Below, in pieces: positions 55,466 through 64,000 of a stretch of DNA of 64,000 nucleotides; within the stretch, counting starts at the first letter, position 1; every line of letters begins with the position of its first letter. The DNA lies in the NCBI RefSeq assembly GCF_001194135.2, contig NC_068999.1, positions 17,757,572-17,821,571 of the forward strand, in the 5' to 3' direction. Origin of the DNA: Octopus bimaculoides. Its lineage: Eukaryota. Made by a program: the position numbers and the translations under genes. The notes under the pieces were generated by a model. That model did not search any database and was not told the DNA's origin. It was given only the letters and a program-made list of their open reading frames with translations.

Positions 55466-56157
55466 TTAATGACATGTTACGAAATGTATCTTTGAAGAGT
55501 TTGCCATGAATGGTCTTACATAGGAGGAGGACAACGGCATTCTATATACAATATATACAACAACAATAATCACATATACATACACATACATAAATAAGAC
55601 AGTATAAGTAAATGCTGTAATGGTAATCTATTGTTCCATCAATTAAGAAACCGCTGCTTGCTACTGACCAGGACTACTGACAACGGGAAACACTTTCTTT
55701 GACATCTACATCTAGGTAATCAAACTACTTAGTCAGAAAATTGCCTTCGAGCTACTCAGATATCGGAGTCTATGAGAAACGTCTTATATCATCTTCATAT
55801 TCTCATGAATCAGCTCTTGTAAAGTGAATATTACATGTTTCAAATAGGTAAAGTACATATTCGCACAGTTGGAGAAACTCAATCGGTACTTTAATTCTTT
55901 CATCTCGTATTTCGTGAAAAGCAACTCTATGCTCTGATTTGCTATTCGTAATAATGCTAACTTCGGGCTGTTCTCGAGAGCGATGGCTTACACATTGCAT
56001 GTTTTACGTGCTTTTAGCTGGGGCTTGCTTCTCTTTCCAAAAGTGCGATTATTTCATTATTTTTGGTTCCCGTGTTATTGGTTTTGTTTTGCACATACGC
56101 ATGCACGCGCGCGCGCGCAAAATTGTCTCACCACTCACTTTTAACAAGACAGTGTAG

Positions 56158-56223
56158 GTGCTGTTCCTGTCTAGTGAATATGACGTAAGGCTTGGCGAGG
56201 TGAACGAGGAAGAAAGAAATGAG
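56158..56223 (+). CDS. Candidate short exon (VLFLSSEYDVRLGEVNEEERNE)
   Basis: Strong donor GAG|GTAAGA at 56224; AG acceptors at 56157 or 56174; purine-rich. VRLGE..E..NE recalls trypsin-family proteases, but the match is short. Confidence 0.15.
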
Positions 56224-56690
56224 GTAAGATATTTCCCCTTTCAGTCATTCATTCATCGACTTTTTCAGTTCCCACTTGGAAAGGAAAGTGAATGGTTAGA
56301 GAGAAGTACTGCCCTTAGGGAATTTGTGAAAATATGGGTGACTGGGTGACTGGGCGAATGGCCCTAATCTAAGTATGAACCTGTAGATTATAAAGCAGCA
56401 GAGGATAGAGAGTTCGTGTCTTTGTGGATCAGTGATCTGTATAATGCTTCGATTTGCCCTAGTTGGAGTTTCTCCAGTATCAGAAGTGCTGTATCGTCCA
56501 TGTTAGCCCATGCTTTATATACTGTTTATTATTTTGTCTCATATCACCGTCTCTTCTTTTCTCATGACTTATGTAATCCTACCTCTCACAAATTTTGTTC
56601 TTATGATGAAACCCTCATCATACGTCCTTGTGTCTAATAAAAATCATTATTATTATCATTATTAATATTATTACTACTATTATTATCAAT

Positions 56691-56903
56691 AAAGCGATGA
56701 GCTGGCGGGATCGTTAGCACGCGGGATGAAAAGTTTAGCTATATTTCGTCTGTCACTATGTTCTGAGTTCAAATTCCGCCGATGCCGACTTTGCTTTTCC
56801 TCCTTTCCGGGGCGATAGATTAAGTACCTGTTAAACACTGGGTCGATGTATATCGACTAGTTCCCTCCCCTAAAATGTCAGGCCTTGTGCCATTAATAGA
56901 AGG

Positions 56904-56906
<3 letters not shown>
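56691..56906 (+). mobile_element. Family A SINE, full length, with (ATT)n tail to 56956
   Basis: AAAGCGATGAGCTGGCGGGATCGTTAGCACGCGGG...TTCTGAGTTCAAATTCCGCCG...GGCCTTGTGCCATTAATAGAAGGATT(ATT)n. Confidence 0.9.
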
Positions 56907-56956
<50 letters not shown>

Positions 56957-57630
56957 CTGCGCATTTGATTCCGATAGTCGTCTTACGGCATGGCTAGTTG
57001 ATAAGACATTGAAGATTAGTAATTTTGAAGAAGCATGTTCTATTTTTAATGTAAAGACGAGAAATAGTTGGCATGAGTAAGGAAAGAATAGACGCCATGA
57101 TAATAAATGTACTAATAATTATAATAATTTCAAAAGTACAAGTAAAAATTGAAATACTCGAAGAAAATGCTACGGGCGATAAAGGTAATAAATGCAAAAT
57201 TTTTCGTTAAAATAGAATAAAAGATATATTAAAATCAGACATAAATGGAAATACGCTAATTGCAATTCAGACAATGATGAGATTAGAAGGAGCTCAACAT
57301 TTCCATGACGACCTCGAAAGGCATAGTTTCTAAGTTGGATTGCATTGCTTTAAGTAAAGAAGCATTTCATTGACAGAGAAAACAATTCTATCAGGGTATG
57401 AGGTCATCTCTATAGACAATACAAAGACATCATTTAGATATATTGGAATATTTGTTCCTTAGAAAGCATATTTAATGTTAACTTAATCGCGTCATTAATA
57501 CACACCCGTCTATTTCCCCTACTACGCTTCATCAAATATTTCGAACCATATAAACTAAATATGTAATGTTCTACATATCATTAATTCTTGACTTGAGCAT
57601 ACTGTTGTATTTCTTAGCTAAAATTATATT

Positions 57631-57871
57631 CATTGTTTACATTTGACTGATATTTGTCCTCATCTTGTTTGTTGTTACCACAACGTTTCGGCTGATATAT
57701 CCACCAGCCTTCATTAGGTGTCTTGGAGAAATTTCGAACCTGGGTTCTCATTTCTAAGATATTTTTCGATGTTATTATTAATATCACTATTATTATTCAG
57801 GTCACTGCTTGGAATCGAACTCGGAATCTTGGGGTTAGTAGCTCGCGCTCTTAACCGCAACGCCATATGCC
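57631..57871 (-). mobile_element. Family H copy, 3'-truncated, inverted; hammerhead core mutated (CTAATGA)
   Basis: Reverse complement GGCATATGGCGTTGCGGTTAAGAGCGCGAGCTACTAACCCCAAGATTCCGAGTTCGATTCC...GACACCTAATGAAGGCTGGTGGATATATCAGCCGAAACGTTGTG...GTCAAATGTAAACAATG. Confidence 0.9.
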
Positions 57872-57876
57872 GGTAG

Positions 57877-58155
57877 TGGCGTAGTGGTTAAGAGCGCGGG
57901 TTACTAACCCCAAGATACCAAGTTCGATTCCAGGCAGTGAGCTGAATAACAATAACAACAGCAACAACAGCAACAACAGCATCGAAAAATACCTTGGGAA
58001 TGAGAACCCAGGTTCAATATTTCGCCAAGACACCCGATGAAGACTGGAGGGTATACCAGCCGAAACGTTGTGTTAACAACAAACAAGATGAGGTCAAATA
58101 TTCGTCAAGTGTAAATAATGTACATAATTCTTCATCTCTTAAATATAGAACTGTA
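57877..58155 (+). mobile_element. Family H copy, near full length; hammerhead core mutated (CCGATGA)
   Basis: TGGCGTAGTGGTTAAGAGCGCGGGTTACTAACCCCAAG...GACACCCGATGAAGACTGGAGGGTATACCAGCCGAAACGTTGTGTTAAC...CTCTTAAATATAGAACTGTA. Confidence 0.9.
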
Positions 58156-58530
58156 GATCTTAACAAGTATATAACTCGCCAATTCATTTACGTTGAAATA
58201 GCTGCCGAGTGAACTTCCAAATTATTATTAGTATATCATGAATTATTCTCTTTTTAAATTGTACTTTTTACTTTAGTCCTTGTAGCTGCTATTATATAAC
58301 ACACACACGCGCAAATNNNNNNNNNNNNNNNNNNNNNNNNNNNNNNNNNNNNNNNNNNNNNNNNNNNNNNNNNNNNNNNNNNNNNNNNNNNNNNNNNNNN
58401 NNNNNNNNNNNNNNNNNNNNNNNNNNNNNNNNNNNNNNNNNNNNNNNNNNNNNNNNNNNNNNNNNNNNNNNNNNNNNNNNNNNNNNNNNNNNNNNNNNNN
58501 NNNNTATATATATATATATCGTGGTAGTAT

Positions 58531-58834
58531 CGGTTGCGACGACAAGGGTTCCTGCTCATGAAATTAACGTGCAAGTGGCTGAGCACTCCACAGACACGTG
58601 TACCCTCAACGTAGTTCTCAGGGAGATTCAGCGTGACACAGTGTCACAAGGCTGGCCCTTTGAAAATACAGGTACAACAGAAAGTGTGAGAGAAAGTTGT
58701 GGTGAAAGAGTACCTCAGGATTCGCCACCGTTTCCTGCCCAATTAACACTCACAATGCCCAGTCTGGGAAACGAAACCGCAATCTTACGACCGCAAGTCC
58801 GCTGCCCTAGCCACTGGGCCATTGCGCCTCCACT
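58531..58834 (-). mobile_element. Family D SINE with an internal deletion near the 3' end
   Basis: Reverse-complement head AGTGGAGGCGCAATGGCCCAGTGGCTAGGGCAGCGGACTTGCGGTCGTAAGATTGCGGTTTCG; same centre as the other D copies. Confidence 0.9.
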
Positions 58835-58841
58835 ACATGTA

Positions 58842-58873
<32 letters not shown>

Positions 58874-58890
58874 CGCACTCACATATGCTT

Positions 58891-59225
58891 CAAGACATGG
58901 CTATATGTTTAAGAATCTCGATTTGCAAGACGTGTTTATCGGTTCAGTCCTTGTGGGTGGCACCTTGGCCAAATTTTGAGAATGAAGTTAGTGACGAGAA
59001 ACTGACAAAACCCATCATCTATCTATGTACCTGAATGTGTGTGTGCGTGTGTGTGAGGCTGTGCGTGCGCATGTTTGGGCGAGTGTGTTTGTGAGTATGT
59101 CTGTGACTTTGGTACGTTTATGCCACACACATGCTTGTCAACTGTTGCTGGTTTGTTTACGTTCTTATTTCTGAAGTGTTTCAACAAAAGTTACGGATTG
59201 AACTTACGAGTACCACACTTTTATC
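58891..59225 (+). mobile_element. Family B SINE, degraded
   Basis: GGTTCAGTCCTTGTGGGTGGCACCTTGGCCAA, GAGAAACTGACAAAACCC, internal (TG)-rich tract, CATGCTTGTCAACTGTTGCTGGTTTGTTTACG in family B order. Confidence 0.65.
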
Positions 59226-59812
59226 AACAGAAAGTACTTAGATCTATTGTTTCGACTGCATATCTGCAGAACAATGAAGAGAACAAGTAAAAGATAAAAA
59301 TAAAAATATTCTGAATAACACTAAACTGTCCAATATCAAGACTTAAGCCTAATTATATACGCTGTTGCCAATGATTAGATCGTTTTCATGCAAGTAGCAC
59401 TGTTTTACATGGGTAACGCAGTCAGTTTGCAGTGGCGGATAGAGTGTATGAAAAACGAAGGAGATTTTAACAGAAAGCTAAATCAAATCAGGCACAGTTC
59501 CTTCAAAGCGAAAGTATTATGTTACATGGTAAAGTTGGAATACCCACAAGACAATCTTAAAGAAATCCTTGAATGACGTTGCACCAATATGTTGTTATTC
59601 AATGCGGAACTGGTCGAATGAAACAAGCAAAGCCAAATACTGAGATTCTTGGAAAAGAATGGTAAAAAATACTCAAGTCCCTGAAGTGCAGAAATAATAT
59701 GAGAGCGACAAACGCCATGATTTGTTTATACACGCTGAAGGTCTCATGTTCATTGCGGAAAGCATACACAATATAAAGTAGAAGTATATACAATTAGAAG
59801 CACATCGCACAC

Positions 59813-59855
<43 letters not shown>

Positions 59856-60500
59856 CATGCATCTATCTATTTGTCTGTCTGTCTGTATGTATGTCTGCCT
59901 ATGTATATAATATATGTGTGTGTATAGATGTATATATACATAGATATGGCTATATATATCCGCATATGCACAAGTAAACTAAACACATGGAAATATAACT
60001 ATGTACGCATGCATACAGCTACATATACATGATATTAATAGTGTATATATATATATATATATTACTCAATATGAGCGCTTATGTATGTGACCATGTGTGT
60101 TGATAAAATACGATTACTGAACATATAAAAAGAAAACACTCGAAGAATAATAGGGTTAATTAACGTTAATATTTAATGTAATAATATAATGGAAATAATT
60201 GCGGTTTGGATTCCATGTAAAATTCAAATTTCATAATACATTGTTTGGGAGACGGAATAATTCTGGAAGATATTATGTACATTTATTTGGAAATGTGTCA
60301 TACAAAGTCTATACAGCTCTTTAACTGAACTAAGGAACCAACTACTCTATATTTAATAGAAATATAATGGCGTCGACCATAGTGATAACCATAATGATGA
60401 CAATGATAATGATGGCTATTAAGATAGTGTTGATGATGATGATGATGGCGTTATTTTTTATGATTGGTATGAGAATGGTTATGTTGTCGATGTTATGTAA

Positions 60501-60833
60501 AACATAGCTCAGTGGTTAGAGCAGCGGGCTCACAATCGTGTGGTAGTGACTTCTATTCCCGAGCCGGGTTTGTGTTGTGTTCTTGAGAAAGGCACTATAT
60601 TTCAAGTTGCTCCAGTTCTCTCAGCTGTAGATATAAGTTGAGACGTCACCGGTGCCAAGCAGTACCGGCCTTTTCCTTTTCGCATTGGTAGCATGGAGAG
60701 AAGAGGAGGGGGGCTGGTATGCATGAGTGACTGCTGGTATTCCATAAACAACCTTGCCAAGACTTGTGCATCGGAGGGAAACTTTCTGAGTGCAATCCAA
60801 TGGCGATTCAGGACAAAAGGGGTACTTTACCCT
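60501..60833 (+). mobile_element. Family C SINE (tRNA head, V/CORE-like centre)
   Basis: A-box TAGCTCAGTGG; centre TGTGTTCTTGAGAAAGGCACTATATTTCAAGTTGCTCCAGTTCTCTCAGCTGTAG resembles V/CORE-type domains as I recall them; single copy in this window. Confidence 0.7.
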
Positions 60834-60899
60834 ATGTTTTCTGTGTGATGGTAATCAAAGTGGAGAAGAACACGGATGATCAGATGTTGTTCATGTGGG

Positions 60900-61270
60900 T
60901 GTTTGTAATAGCGATGATGACAACGATGATAAAACAGTAATTTTCTTTCTTTCTGATGATAGCTATGATGGTGATGATGATGATGGACTTCCTAATGACT
61001 ATAACATCGATGATGATGATGAAAATGTGGACGATGATGACGACAATACTGGTGACAACGATTCCGATGACAGTGATAACATAAACTACGACGTCGACGA
61101 GGAGGATGACTACAGCGACGGCGATGACTACAGCGTCGATCGTGATGATGATAATGATGATCATGTCGATGATAATGATGAAGATTGTCATGATGTTTGT
61201 AAACATGATGGTCTTGAACACGTTGACACTCAAATAACATGGTGATAACGATGATAGCTATGATGATGCT
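60900..61270. repeat. Degenerate (GAT/GAC)n trinucleotide field
   Basis: Visible 3-nt periodicity; similar fields at 60360-60480 and 62090-62220. Confidence 0.85.
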
Positions 61271-61862
61271 GGCGCTTAATATCATAGAAACATTACGGAC
61301 TGTTCTTCAACCATTTTGAGCCATGAATTGTCCTCGTTTCAGCTGAGACGTTTAAATGTTTCATAATTGGCCGTTCTCACTTCAACTTAAATAAATCTAA
61401 GCAGTTTACAAATCTATGCGACGCTCAACTTCTTATCATTCAATTATCTCATGGTCACGGCCACTACTTAAATGATTATAACATGAACTTCTTTTGTTAC
61501 AATATCATCATCATCATCATCATCATCTATCACAACGAGAACGATAATAATAAGTAAATCAGAAAATAACGAAATGTAACAATGCATGAGTAATAGACAG
61601 AAAGATACAAAGAAAGGAAGAAATACGACAAAACGAGAGAGAAATAGCAAAATATAAGTATTATAGAATTTATTTAATCCCATTTATATTTTATGTAAAC
61701 GAATGTAAAAATAGAAGCAAATGAGAATTGGAATCATAATAGGTAGGAACCATGCTTTGTGTCTGCAGTGACGCCGCAAAGGATTCTTGCTATTGAGTCA
61801 AAACCATAAATTCATATACACTATTTCTAGAAGAACTCATAACATTCATATTGCAATAGTTT

Positions 61863-61863
<1 letters not shown>

Positions 61864-61926
<63 letters not shown>

Positions 61927-61950
61927 GCTACTACTGCTGCTGCTGCTGCT
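61864..61950. repeat. (CTA)n/(CTG)n microsatellite
   Basis: Directly visible. Confidence 0.95.
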
Positions 61951-62620
61951 ACAAACACGACAACAACTACTGCTTCTTATAGCACTGGCAGAAGCTGTGT
62001 TTAGCAGTAGCAGTCTTAGTATTATTAGTATTAATGATAATAAAAGAAAACACGTTTTAATAGTAATAAATGCTGCTCTCTTCACATGGTAGATGATGAT
62101 GATGTTGAGGAAGATGATGATGATAGTAACGACGACGCGGATGATTATTACGATGTGGGTAGTGGTGGCGGTGCTGGCAGTGACGATGATGATGATGATA
62201 ATGACTGCAATGATAGAGACGAAGTGGTTGAAGACGTGTGAGTGTGAGTGTGAGTGCTGATGAGAAGGAGAAACTGGACGCGTGTAAGAATGTCGACGAG
62301 TTTGCATGCTTATTTGCAACGCACCACAGGCTTAAACAGATTATTGGAGTTCAGCTGACATAGTTAGACATGAAACAGTTATGTAACAGTATTGAGATGT
62401 ACAATAATATGTATATTACTACATAAATGGAATGTTTTTTCTAGAATTGTTACTTGGTCACACAAATGTTCCATTACCACTGCAGATTATGCCGATACTT
62501 TAGCGGTATGATATTTGGTTGACCCCTTAGAGATAAAACAAGAGGTCAATTTTGAATTCTGTCAAATGGTTATACGTAAAACAGTAATTTAAAAACAGTA
62601 ACAACAACAACAACAACAAC

Positions 62621-62656
<36 letters not shown>

Positions 62657-62657
<1 letters not shown>

Positions 62658-62828
62658 CCTTTCTACTGGAGGCACAAGGCCGGGAATTTGTGGGGATGCG
62701 GGACTAGTTGATTACTTCGACTCCAGTGTTACACTGGTACTTAATTTATAGGTTCCGAAAAGATGAATGGCAAAGTTGACCTCAGTGGCGGTAATAATAA
62801 TAATAAATGATTCTGCCATCTCGCTGCT

Positions 62829-62829
<1 letters not shown>
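62657..62829 (-). mobile_element. Family A SINE with an internal deletion filled by (AAT)n
   Basis: Tail and core present to GACCTCAGTGG, then (TAA)n, then head GATTCTGCCATCTCGCTGCTT. Confidence 0.75.
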
Positions 62830-62881
<52 letters not shown>

Positions 62882-63220
62882 GATGATGATGATGATGATA
62901 ATAGTTATAACAACAACAGCAACAGGAATAACAACAGCGATAATAATAATTCTAGTACAAGGGCTTTATATTTAGAAGTAAGGAAAATCGATTTCACTGA
63001 TGCACGTGCGTAGATGATACTAATTTTTCAACCCATACAGGTAGACCGGCAAATTTGAGGGAAAGAGCCGACCATGCCGCGCACATATAGTTGTGATGAA
63101 TGGGCTCGGCGCACCCTTGTCATGTGGGTAGTTATAATGGGTATATTGGACTTCGCATATTTGTACCTAAGTGTCATTTTGATGGCATACGCTGTTCTCT
63201 CTCACTCTTTAATAATAATA

Positions 63221-63380
63221 CTAATTTTGGCGCAATGCCAACAATTTCGTGGAGTGGGGGGGGGAGTCATAAGTCGAATGGACTCCGAAAAGAACCTCGG
63301 TGAAATGAAAACCTAATGCCGAACGAAATGCTGCTAAGTATTTAGTTCGGCATGCTAACTATTCTGCCATCTCACTGCCT
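63221..63380 (-). mobile_element. Family A SINE with an internal deletion
   Basis: CTAATTTTGGCGCAATGCC tail; head GAAATGCTGCTAAGTATTTAGTTCGGCATGCTAACTATTCTGCCATCTCACTGCCT. Confidence 0.7.
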
Positions 63381-64000
63381 GAATGATAATAACATTAACA
63401 ACAACAACAACAATTCCGCCACTAGGACTCTATATTTAGAAGTAAGGAAAATGGATCATTTCGATGCACGTGCGTAATTGATACTAATTCTTAACCCATG
63501 CAGGAAGACCGGCAAATTTGACATCTGCGGAATAAGACACTTGTAAGGGACACAGCCGATACAAATACCGCAGGTTATTTTGAACGGAGCTCTAACAACT
63601 CTACCATTCTGCTGCACTCTATCGCAACATATTCTATTGATAACAAAGGGCTATGACATTTGAGGGACAATGTAAAAGCAAAATAAAAGAGAAAACAGCA
63701 AGTATAAAACACTAGGGTATTTACACCGTCTAAATGTACCAGGTTACCAAAAAGGAAATTATATATATATATATATATATATAAAGAGATAATAATAAAT
63801 AATCGATTATTTGACACGTGGGAAACGGAAAAAGGACAACTTGCCAAAATGGCGCGAATTTATAAAGAATTGAACAATTTCATTTTTTCCTTTATGCATT
63901 GGCAAATTGGCTAGGGACATTTTAGGGAGAGGACAGTAGATTATACAGAAACCTCTACTTGTAGGATACTTTGTTTTATTGGCGCAGGAATGATAAATGA

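Noticed and set aside
56094-56119. Alternating purine-pyrimidine tract with a (CG)n core (Z-DNA potential)
   Set aside because: Short and of a kind common in this microsatellite-rich window; no functional context.

Overview
This is AT-rich animal genomic DNA, dense in microsatellites, with ten assembly gaps (8240-8256, 8889-9068, 11174-11568, 15557-15566, 19130-19433, 33240-33447, 45270-45860, 49265-49443, 52918-53128, 58317-58504); nine abut simple repeats and the last does so on one side. The repeat families match what I recall of Octopus SINEs, so it is probably cephalopod intronic or intergenic DNA (inference; no search was run). No protein-coding gene is confidently identifiable: the long ORFs come from microsatellites or N runs, and only weak candidate exons are visible. 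Five SINE-like families recur, labelled A-D and H for this report only. The main finding is family H, a roughly 280-bp element with a tRNA-like head, Pol III A/B boxes and no poly(A) tail. It carries a minimal type I hammerhead ribozyme of the kind known from Penelope-like retroelements, intact at 16511-16556. Family H occurs in inverted-fragment-plus-full-copy arrangements (16.3 kb, 57.6-58.2 kb) and as tail-only pieces that begin just after the predicted cleavage site. The 16.3-kb insertion splits another SINE and sits next to a 44-bp inverted copy of sequence 2 kb upstream.
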